Notes under the pieces: model-generated | What the model was told of the DNA's origin: nothing | Seen by the model: only the letters and a program-made list of their open reading frames with translations | Databases searched by the model: none | Assembly: GCA_002633005.1 (NCBI GenBank) | Contig: NMRA01000028.1 | Coordinates: forward strand, 1,458,753-1,522,752 | Length of the DNA stretch: 64,000 bases | Direction of reading: 5' to 3' | Source: Phoronis australis | Taxonomy: Eukaryota > Animalia > Phoronida | Program-made: the position numbers and the translations under genes | Part shown: one piece after another, positions 50,301 through 62,300 of the stretch | Position numbering within the stretch: the first letter of the stretch is position 1 | Layout of the letters: each line of letters opens with the position of its first letter

Positions 50301-53300
50301 ATTTACTATTGCATAGTATGTCACTCGTGAATAGTCTTCTCGTACTGTTAAAAACGTAAAACTATTTTTGTAGTTTATTTCTGTGAATTTTTATCTGATT
50401 GTGATTTGTAGGTGTTTCCCAAAAGCCAGCTCACACCAGTGAAGAAAAACCTCAAAGAGGTCGACCGCCAAAACATGTGAAAGCACCACACTCCAAAGGT
50501 GAGCAAAATTTTGTTTTATATGCTTATATAGAATTAGGCCAAAGTGTTTAAAGTAAATAATCAACTTAAAGATTTGTGGTTATAGTTGTTTGGAAATGTC
50601 TGGCTGTTTTGTTTTACAGGTAGAAAGCCTCAGAAAGGAATAGTTGATGAAGAGGAGTCCATTGAGGATGATCAACCATTGTGTTCATTAGAAAAGACTG
50701 CAGACACTGTCATTGAAAAAGGTGAGGCCCAATGTGTGTTTAGAAAATAGAATAATATTTTACTGGAGCTTTGAGTTGAATGCTTAAAAGTGACTTTGGC
50801 AGCCCGACCATTGTCCGAGTTGATGCTTTTCTTAAGATTAAAGCTCTGGAAATAATTAGCTTAGTAAGTTAATAGTTTCTATGCTATGTTTTTTTTAGTT
50901 TAAATTTCTGGTGGTGTAATTTAGTGCCAGCTGCAGCCAAAAGATACATTAAATCACCCACAAACCTAGCTTGCATCTTAAAATCATCTGTTGATTGCAT
51001 AGACCATGTGCCAAACCAGAATGAATTTGTCTTTGGTTATATGTTTCAGGTGTTACACAGATTTCTGCCAACCCCAGTGAAGATAAGCCTCGAAGGGGTC
51101 GACCACGAAAACGAGCTCGAGAGCAAAACATAGAAAGTGAGTGAGAAAAGACTGCACTATTAAAGGCTTGTGATTACATGAGGACGCTTGCTCCTCACTA
51201 GAGAATAGTGAATAAATGCAATAAAATGAACTTGTTGAAATGAATTTTATTACAAATTATGGAAAATGTTCGCTCATGATTAGCTGTTTTTGTTACAGGT
51301 AGAGAGTTTTGTGAGGATACAATAGGCATTAAAGACGAGTCCATTGATGACAAATCAGCTGGTCCATTGTCACTGAAGAGTACTGATGCCGAGAAAGGTG
51401 GGGGTAGAATTGGTGTAGGGTATCTACAGTATCACTTTACTCCAGAATTAAAGTGAAATTTTTACTTATGTCTCACATCTGCATGGCCTTTTACTTGTGA
51501 TCTTGACCTTTACATCATGCTGGTTCTTGTGCCTTAGAGAATGTGGTGTGCACCTCGAAACATGTCAGGAAAATGAAGCTGTGTACTATTTGGCTATTTG
51601 TTAAATTGAAAATAAAAGAGATACCATGAAAGCTACAACCAAGCTTATGCTAATTTCTTAGTTGGATCTTGAGAAAATATTGGCTTATTTTGGTGGGCAT
51701 TTATTACACTTTACATTTCATTATTCTTATACCTGTGTTCACCTGACAAGTTTACAGCCACTTAAATCATTTCTACAATCTTCCAAAATGTCGATGGAGT
51801 ATTGCAATTATTTTTTGCTTGTTACTGGTCAATGATACATTTTTAAATGTAGTGAGTGCTGTGTATGACGTACAGGTGATTTTCAAAAGTCAGCTCGCTC
51901 CAGTGAAGAAAAACCTCGAAGAGGTCGACCACGAAAACGCGTGGCAACACCTGCCTCAGAAGGTGAGAAAATTTTATGTTATACCAAGGAGTGCAGAAGC
52001 AGTTATTATATGAAAGATTACACTTTGACTAAAGCTTTTGATTTTCAAGGAATATTTCCTGATATGAGAAGCTACGAATAAATTAGAAAGCTGTGTTCTG
52101 CAAAGGAAGCATACGTAGATGCACTTAATACAAATGTATTTAGGTTTGTAGCGTTGCACCACTTAGAATGAACTCAGCTTTGTAACGCATGCTAATGGTA
52201 TATGTGGTATCGTGCATAATACGTGATTTAATAAATCATGATTTCATTGAACAGAAGAACCCTTCCTCTCTACACGATTTTCGAATTATGTGAACAGGAA
52301 ACTTCTAATTCCAGTGTAACTATGATGTGTGTGAACCTAATAGTTTGAATCTCATATAGTGCCTCTCAAACATTATGTTTCCCTGTATTTGTGCAAATTG
52401 TCAAACAAGTGATCCCAGTCAGACTTATTTTGTGCGACTGCATTGTCACTGTAAAGTTTCAATAATGGGAGGCTTTTTAAAGTAATTCAGATTATAATTC
52501 ATCCAGGTCCATGTATATATGAGTAATTGTGAATCCTTTACCTGGTGTGTCTTGTTTAAAACCTGGCATGTGATCCCCCAATGTCAATTTTTTAACAAGG
52601 TACATCCGGTTCAAAGATTCATAGTAACTCATATATGAAGCTTTTTTGTTTTGTAGATAATGTAAATCATCAAAAATCAACAGGTAGTGTAGATCAGAGT
52701 CTAGAGGATGAATCGGCTGGTTTAGTGTCAACTGCTGTGCAGTCAGCAAAGACTACTGAAGCAGTCGCTGAGAAAGGTGAGCACACCCTATTCTAAGGTT
52801 TTACTATGGAATGCACTTGTCATTGAGTGGCTTTGTTATCTTATCATTTCTTAAGCTCTTGCACTTATCTGCATTGAAGCTAGAGAAAGTGTTGGACTCC
52901 AGCTGACAGTATTGTTGTTACTGCTCTTTTTTACCCCTTTTGATTTCTATCAGTATGCATTACATTTTCATGTTTAACTTTTAATGTAAGTGTGCCAGTT
53001 ATAGTGATAGGTCTTAAAGAGCCCATCCACTAAGACAAAGTGCAGACGAAATGCTGTGGGTGATTAATAATGTTGTTAACAAGCTTTATAAAATAATTAA
53101 TTGTTAATTGTGAGAAACACTCGTTCTTCATTTGATAATACTTAGTTGGCAATTTTCTTATACCTGTGGCTGCGTACTGATATACTAGAAACTAAATTCT
53201 TAAGTCTGTAAAATTAGCAATCTATTGTTCTTGTCATATGAAATATCCTGTTTTAAAAGCTTTATTATTTCTACCTGTGTCTTAAAGATGTTTCCCAAAC

Positions 53301-56300
53301 GTCTTCCAAGTCATCTACTAATAATCGTCGAAGAGGCCAACCACCAAAACAAGGGCAAGCTCAAAACAGGAGAGGTAACTGAGCATTTGTTTTTATTACA
53401 CAGTGGTTCGTTCTTAGGTATGTAATACTTAAACTGGGCACATAACTGACATGTCCTCACTTTTTGCCGATGTGTTGGATACAAGATAAAATCGGTAGCA
53501 CATAATCTTGAGAAATTGCTCCTCACTGTGGTCATAGATGTGTCTTAGCTCACTTATTTTTTTATTTGTGCCATTAGCACTGTTGCATTCCCTCCAAGAG
53601 CCACAAAAACTGGCTTCCATGGCTAACTCATTCCTTGAAATCTGTGTCCCCATGAGTGAAATGAAACATGTAGCTCAGAAGCTCTAAAGTTTTAGTGATG
53701 AATCCATGAGGCAGAATGCATTAAAAACACAAGTGGATATAATATATGTGTAGTGTATCATTTGTTTCCAATTTCAGATAAGTTCCTTAAATCACTGAGC
53801 CAGGCCAAGCAAACTAATTAAATTTTGGCTCCAACTCCAAAAACTAACTGTAGAGTCGTGGTGTTCAGATATCACGTTTGGCTATGCCTATTTATGGCTG
53901 TACTTACTGCGAATGTTTTTTGGGGGTATGTTATTATACTTCAAATCATTTTCAAGATATATTTTATGGCCAGAACACAAACCTTATTTGTTCATTTCGA
54001 ATTGAATAGTCCAGAAAAGGAAACTGTTGTTAGGGTATTAATCTTTGTAGTTGTGGTATGGATGGTAGTGTTGTTACATACACAACTTTTACTGCAGGTA
54101 AAAAGGCCACAAAAAAGGAATTGACCGATGGATTGCCAGTAGGGACTGTTGAAGCTGTTGAAGAGAAAAGTAAGTTAGTGTATACGGTGATGTAGAATAT
54201 TGCCTTACTGGGTACTAATGGTGGAAGCACACATTCAAGTTTTGCATGACATACCTTGTTAATTCTAATTTTTCAACTTCTGGCGAGCTCCATATGCAGC
54301 AGTGATCTAACCTCATGTTATTTCCTCAGGCTGTTATTTACTTCTGCTGTGCACAAAATGGCGTTAGTAGTTGTGAGTAACACTCTGCTAATCTGAACAA
54401 TTCTTTGAACATGTCAGGTGTGTTGTAACTTCTTTTCATTGCTTTCATACCGTTGTTGATTTGTTGATACCTGTTGTTTATCTTTATCATTTGCATACCT
54501 GTATGACTGCAGATGTTTCCAACATTGAGCAGATGCGGGTCTAATAATTCAGAAGAAGTTTGGTTTGAAAAATCACGTTGTGTTTTACTTTAATTTGTGT
54601 ATATCAACCATCGGACATTTGCTTAATGAATGAAATCCTGCTCCAAGTTCTTACAATTAGAATGTAGCAAGGTGAAGTTAAATCACAAACTAGCCTTTAT
54701 GAAGTCATTAGTTCTTTTGTTTAACGTGTTGCCGGTGTATGTTACTGCAGTTAAAGTTATTCATTATTTTTTAATTGCCGTATGTCCAGTTATCTATGTA
54801 CGCTTTTTGTACATGCTTTAGTGAAATTGAACCTCTTAAAGGCCGGCTACAAAAATTAGTGTTAGTAAAATACCTGAAAATGAAGTTATATTTCTGTCCA
54901 TCTTAACAATATTGTGCTTGCATGCTAACTCTGAAAACAACTGTATAAGTTTGGTTTCCATTCTGCTTCATATATTGAAATCCAGTGTGGAGGTTGGTGC
55001 AAATCAACCAAACAGTTCAGTCCAATGTCAAGAGTATTTCTAATGTTTTTGTTTTAGAAAACTACTCACTCATTTGCCTGCATTGCAAATTTGAAGCTTC
55101 CACCTTATCGGCCTTGAAGTTCCATTTGATGAAACAACACATGATGATTGTAAGTACACTCTTTACTGGCTCCTATGGTTTTTATTTTAATTTGTTATAC
55201 TTGGAGCTGGTGTAACAGCTGATTGACAGCCAGTTTAGTCAACTTCACTCCCTCGTGTCAGGTTTTCTTAACATCAGATTGCTCCTTTGATAGTAGAAGG
55301 ATTCGGGCCTGTTACCCTTGCAGAAATTTCTGATCTTGTTTCTAGCGTTATTGCATTGTTGTGATTATTCATGGCTTGTAATTTTCCTCTTTTAAGAGGA
55401 TTTTCTCTTTTTAGTTTCTGTTTCCTCTTTATATTTGGTTCCCAGTTTTCTCTTTTTCTGTCTCTTTTTTATCATTACTTTGACTTCATATTTGCAAAAG
55501 CATTTATTTCAATTAAATTTCACAACACAAAAGATGTTTCTATGACACAAGCCAATGTATTTTTTGGAACGATGCGTAACCAGGAATATTTTTCTCTCTT
55601 TTATTGTCATCATTCCAAGCCCTGATTATCGTTTATTGATTTTTTCCAGTGGGAGCCAGATAAACCTGAGGGTGTTTTTGATGGTTCAAGTGCTCAGTGT
55701 ACTCGCATATTGAAGGCTGTTGGTTACTTGTCTTGCTCTCAATGTCAGAAGAGGATCAACTTTACCCAGTATTTCAAGAAACATGTCGAGTGGTGTGGTA
55801 GAGAGGTAAGGAGGAAATATGGGGAGTCCCTTGATAAGGCATTCTTTAGGTAGAAAACTGCTTTTATTTCTGTGTAGTTGTCCTAAAAAGCAAAATCAAA
55901 ACTGATCCTCATGCTGCTATAGGTTCCATTTCAGAAGTTTACTTAGTTCATTCTGGTTGCCACAAAGAAAACCTGTAGCATTTGCGAGCAGTAAAACTTT
56001 ACTTCATCACACATTTCATTTCACATTTAAGCAGTTAATAGATTAAGTGGATCTTTTTAAGAGTAGTCTAATTTTGTGTGACTTGACAGCTCTGAGCACA
56101 CCTTGATCTTGGAATGCACTAGTGTCTGTTTGCATTTGTATTAAAAAGTGCTGTGAGGCACAACTGTGTTCAGTGTTTAATGAATATGACGTCTGCCAAT
56201 GGCTGCCAAATTGATGCGGCTCCTGGTCTATCCTTATTGAAACAACATTTCCCTAGTATTGTTGTCAAAAAGCATAAAATGATTTAAGTCACTTTAGCTC

Positions 56301-59300
56301 ATAAAATTTGTCGCATTTTGTTCCTCAGTGTTCTCCACATCTGAAAATCTAAACAGGTCTCGTGCGTAAAAACTGCAATGTGCCGGAACCGCACGGCAGT
56401 CAACGTTCTTCATATTATAAGCTAGTGTGCACTTTTTTGTGCACCTTATTTTTACCCACAAATATTAATAGTAATGCACAGTAGTACCAACAAATAACTG
56501 TGTTTTATTCAACTTTTTGTTTTTAAAAGTTGGACTTCTTTACAAACATATCACATATGTCATAATCCATTTGTTTAGTCTATGACTTTGAAATGGAAGT
56601 CTACAGGCTACTCAATAATTGTGATGTCAATGTCAACTAAGTACAAAAAGTCTAACACAGAAATAAACTTTTCCCATGAAGCTGACAGTCCAAGTGAAGT
56701 GTCTTTGACTTTGTAAAGCCAGTCACCTTTTTATGTCTTGATAGCAGAGTCTACGTTTTCCCTCAGTCTGTAAGTGTAATGTCTTGCACAGCATTCTTAT
56801 AGTCTGAATTCGATGTTCTGAAACTGGTACAACATTGAACTTCTACACTACCAGACCTCTTGTAAAAACTGCACAATATGCGAGTCCTCCCTTATGAATG
56901 CAAATTAGCTAGAGTATACAAAACAATTTACGTGTGTTTTCCATCTACTTGGACGGGAGTGTGAGGTCTCTTGATGACAACCAATATTTCTAAAATATCA
57001 AATGGATTATCAAACGCTTACAACTATGGAATTCCCATAATTTTCAGGATTGTCACGAACTCATTCTTCCAGATGAAACCATCTATTCTCAAGTTAGAAC
57101 GAATTGTATTCATTTGAATTGCCGATGCCTGATGTTGTCGGCAAAAATTTGGTTCACTGTTCGTGACACGGATATATGCGATTTGTTGACCGAGCCCGGA
57201 AATATCACCATCATCTGGCCCTGGATTATCTGTCGTATCTGAATCTGAGTCAACGTCAGTATCTGAAACATGTCTCGGTTTTTAAAATAATCCTTAGGCT
57301 TAGCGGTGCTTCGCCTTCCTGCAGCAGACGACATTACTAAGTATGTAGAATGCGCATGTCAATGGGTAACGGAAGCCAGGATAGAATTCACTAACGTAAG
57401 GACTACGCTAGGTAAACAAGACTCTGCGAGATAATGTGAGATATTACCGCTTGATTTCAATGAGAGCATGTGATTTTGTCTACAACTTCTAAGCGCGAGA
57501 CACATATATTTTGAACTTTACTCAGTGATGTCACCCGCTGTCCCAAATCTCGGAATACTCCCCTGAAACTGCAAACGTCACGCATGGCCACCACCGAAGT
57601 TTAGTTTGCGAACGGCTTGGCAGATTTTTAGAGGGAGTATGCGCCACAGATATAATGTTCATGCTGCCAACGAAACTCCTTATAAGGCAACGAGATGAAC
57701 TCTGTCCATCTCAATGGGCCGGTGGCACCAAAAGTAACCAATAATTTTCATCAAAGTGAGAAATACACAAACAACTACCTATGAGTGCCATCATAAGCAG
57801 TTTCATGCAAATGTTTGTTGAGACTGGTATCGGTAAAGTCTGTCCTGGAGGCCACGGAATATTGTAAAATGTGCTATGAAAACCAAAGTTCTGGCCTCCC
57901 AGAAGATGGCCGTTGTATAAACTGCTGCACAACGGTGTCTTTGCTGACAACATATACTTCGCAGAACTAATCACCAAGCCTCAATTAATTTCAATGGGTA
58001 ATGTTATAAGTTATCCGCCGAACACAAAAAGGTGACAACAAAAGCGAACAGGCCTAATGTAACGATCAGCAACTTTGGTGCTGGACTGCACCTCCAATGA
58101 GCAGGTAGTGGGTTTGGCCTTTAGGTAGCACTGGGCCTTTGTTTAAATTCAGTTGACTATGACTAGTTGTTGGAGATGAATTGAAAAGATAATTGAGAGA
58201 TTATTTTCACGCCACATTACACCATAAATAGACTAGATGCCCGGTCTGCCGCTTGAGTGAGCCCGGATATTTTTAAACTGGTCGCGGGCTCGGCCAAACA
58301 GGACGCTGCGACACATTAAAAGTGGTCGTGGAAAACACTGTGTATACATATTGGTTATTACTTGAGTTGGTCGCTCATTCCACTACATTTGTGGATTGTA
58401 TGAGTGCAGTATTGTTTTAAATCTCAAAGCATTTTGATTTAAAAGTCAACACTGACAACTTAACAGCGAAATACCCCTCTATCTAAGTCTAATCGCAGAG
58501 TTCATAATTGAATATATTTTTGTGGCAGTGACACAGGTTTACACATAATTCACAGTACATAACCTTTGGGTACACACAATTTCTAAAGTTCTCAACGGCC
58601 TGCAATTTGTGTAACCAGAAAAATGAGCTTTTTTCTCCTAACTGCATTTTTGATCGTGGTTGTCCCCACACTTTTCAAGTCTGATGGGACTGTAAGTGAA
58701 TGAATTTTTCGACCAAACTTGAACTCCGCTAATCTCATATAACATACTCGGCTAATCTTGTATATTACCTGTGGGATTATAATTTTATATGGCTGTCTGT
58801 TTATTTTGCTAAAGTTACATTAATTGCTACATCAGGATGTCAAAAATGGCCAAATTTAAGTAACAAATTAATAATGCCTATGCTCTCCATTCCAACCTCA
58901 GTATAACCATATAAAACAAGAAGTGACTTAATGTTTTGTGACTGGCAGTATTAAAATATTTGATTATCCCTGTTATGTCAGACATTATGTCCCAAAGCAG
59001 TAGTCATATTACTGAAATAGCACTGGATATCATATTCATGTTGTGATGTGCCTCCTAAGTGGTGTCCCAAAGTAATAGTCATGTTGCCTAACAGTGCTCA
59101 TTATACCTTAAGTTTCAAATGAATGTTGTGCTAAACTACTTTTGTCAATTCCTCAGAAAGAGATGTCGACTTGTTCCATTTGTGGTAAAACCTACAAAGC
59201 AATGTGGCTGAGAGAGCATGAAAGGGAGTGTCTGAAGAGTAGTCTATTACCTTCAACTAAATCTGGTAAAGCTAAAAAGGTAAATCCCAACAGTGAGCCT

Positions 59301-62300
59301 CGCACAGGAAAAAGGAAGGCTGCATCGAAGGCCAGGCAATCATTGCTAGAAATAACAAAAGCTGAGGTGTCTGATGGAACATTACATCAAAAAATATCTG
59401 AAGACCAAGACTACCTTGAAGGTGATGAAAGCGAAGAGAGTAGCCATTCAGAAGAAGACAGTACTAGTGAACCCGATAGTGTGTCAGAAAAAGACACTTT
59501 TAAAAGGGTTCCGTTCTTCACCAGGAAACGGTCGTGCACAGATGATTTTCGGAGTACAGCTTTGGAGTGGACTCAGACATTTTATGATTCTTTAACTCCA
59601 TGTGTGCATCCGGTGACGGTAAATGTAAGTGAATGGCGACCAATTTCAAGTGGCGACGAATATGGATATCTACCTTATGGAAAAGAAAGCGTGTATTTTC
59701 AATTGATTCGTAAAACAGACCAAAAGCCTGTTGTGGAAGGGTCAATACCCCTATTTGAGTCTGTCCACGATGGTGATGATGCATTTCTCTATGTGGGTGG
59801 ACCTGTGTATGCTGCAGACTGGTGTCCAATGATGTCAACAGATGGCTCTGGTGACCAGTTTGTAGCTGTTGGCTGCAGTGATGACAAAATTTACAATAAC
59901 ACTGACATTTATGAAGGAAGAGGTGTGATTCAGGTGTGGAATTGTGGACCTCTACATCAAAAGTCATGCCTCAACAAGCCATCTCTGGTGCTGGCCGTCT
60001 GTCATCAGTATGGATGTACATGGGACCTCAAATGGTGTCCTTCCTGTGCAATCTCTGAGTGTAACAGCAGGTTAGGTTTGCTGGCTGGAGCATTCTCTGA
60101 TGGCTTGGTCAGGTTATTTGACATACCACGTCCTGAAACAATGCAGGAATTGAACACCAAGTGTTTCACTATTCCTCCAGCTGCTGTGTTGAGTGCTCCT
60201 AAAGGTTAGCTCTCTTTTTGTTACTAAATGTTAAAGGCTTGTCACTTGAGATGTGTGTAGCTGTTACCAGTGGTGTAACATGTCGCCTACTTTGGAAAAA
60301 AGTGCCAAAATTGCCCTGGCTTCACTTTTAAGGGTTGTAACATTTTTGTGAATACATCAACACTGGTTTATGATTTACATATTCATATGACAGCATCAGT
60401 GTATTTTATTGCATTATGCTTCTTGACTGCTTATGATTTGTCAATCAATTTTGACAAATGTTGTGTATAATTGTAGGACAACCCTCATCTCAGTGTACAT
60501 CTCTTGACTGGATGTATGTGGAAGGCAGTCATAAATTGGCAGCTGCATTCACTGATGGTGAGCATCAACTGGTGTGCTGTTATACAAATTAGTAGTATTG
60601 AGAGGTCTAGTTTTGACAGGACCATCAGGGGAGACAGGCGTCCCCCCTCACACTTAATAGGCATTTTCATCAACAACGTCCTTGCCTCGCAAGCTATAAA
60701 ACGCATTTTTTATGAACTACTGCATCTAGTTGACTTGTAGAGACAGATGTGGTGGCTTGATGCTATGTACCAAACACTTACCATATAGTATCAAGCATGT
60801 GAAACTCTGCTGTGTGTTACAGGTTGTATTGATGTATGGCTTGTATGTTAGAACTCTATTGCGTGTGACAGGTTGTATTGGTATATGGTCTGTATGTCAG
60901 AATGCTGTTGTATGTTACAGGTTGTATTGGTATATGGTCTGCGACAGACTGCTCGTCCCTGGTCTCCAGTGCGTCAGTCCTGTACCCTATACGATTCTTT
61001 AAAGCTCATGTGCAAAACGTAACCAGCGTGGCTTGGTGCCCTTCATCAGCGTACATATTGGCCAGCACTGGTATGGACTTCTGCGTCCACCTGTGGGATC
61101 TCCGTCAACCTGACAAGCCTCACTGCACATATGACACCAAGTCTGTTGGCCAACTTAAAATAAATGAACTACTGAGCTGTGCGTCATGGTCTAAGATATG
61201 GTCCTCTTTGTATGTAGGATGTGACGACTCCTTGAGTTCTGCTCCTGACACATATATGTTTTGCCTTCGTCCTGACACACAAGGACTTGAGAATGTACGC
61301 CTCAGCATACATTATGCCAACATCTTGGTGAGTTGCAAATTCTACTTGTATAAGGCCAAAGAAGCATAGTTGTTTCTGATGTTCACCGCGACTCATTTTA
61401 AGACCTGCGCTAACGGACAAAAAAGGAAAAACGCGGCCTGCACCAATTTCTGCCTAAGTCTCATTTTTTTGAAAAGCTGCACAAAGGCGCATAAGCAAGG
61501 GTAAGCAAAGTTTGAAATGCCATGATGTGCCAAGCGGTGCATAATTAATTGAAAACGATGCACTCTGCAGTGATAGGAAAGTCCTCTGAGCTTGGTTTAT
61601 CCACTCGAGTGGCGATGGACCACTTAAAAGTAGGGGCTGTCATGCCGATGCAAAGTACGGCCGCAGTACTTGCCGTGACTTTCTTGTTGCATTTGTGCCT
61701 CTGTGTTGTGTGTAATGAATTACTTTATGTTCATATTTGCATGTAGTGTGATCTGAAACTCTTTTGGTGTAAAAGGAGGCCGAAAGTGATGTTTGTAAAT
61801 GTCACTTACTAACGGCGGTAGATAAATAATAAGTGTAAGTAATGCTTGTCAGTTTTGGTCGTCTGTTAGATTTATTTTTTTCCAACAAAAAATAATACTG
61901 CTCAATTTTCAAAAAAGTTCTTTTTTGGCCTTATGTCATCCTTTGTTGCAATTTACAGTAATGATTCTCCATATTTGAACAAAACTTTATGCCAAAAATG
62001 CTATGTGTTAATTGTTGACTGCTTTACAGTACAAACTGTGCCGAAAATGATGTAAAGTTTTCTTTCTGTTTATTTTTGCGATGAAATGTGATAAAAATTA
62101 TGTCTAATGACTTTTCAGTTTTTTATTTTTAAAGTTATATTGAGCAATACTTTGACATTTGAGCAAAATCATGTTTTTAAATTTACTCTAGTTATGTTTC
62201 CCGCAGGTAAGGCATGTGCCTGTACAAAGGACACCCACCTGTGGCTATGTGGGACACCAGAGCTGTTTTTACACGGGGAGCAGTTGCCACGGTGCGAGTT

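Noticed and set aside
59518-59967. 149-aa antisense ORF (also 12247-12537 and 14312-14539)
   Set aside because: Shadow ORFs opposite real exons, with no independent signals.
62196-62295. TTTCCCGCAG|GTAAGG as a recursive splice site or extra GTF3C2 exon
   Set aside because: The intron is only about 1.8 kb, the flanking exons already join in phase 0 with continuous GTF3C2-like sequence, and no frame resembles GTF3C2.
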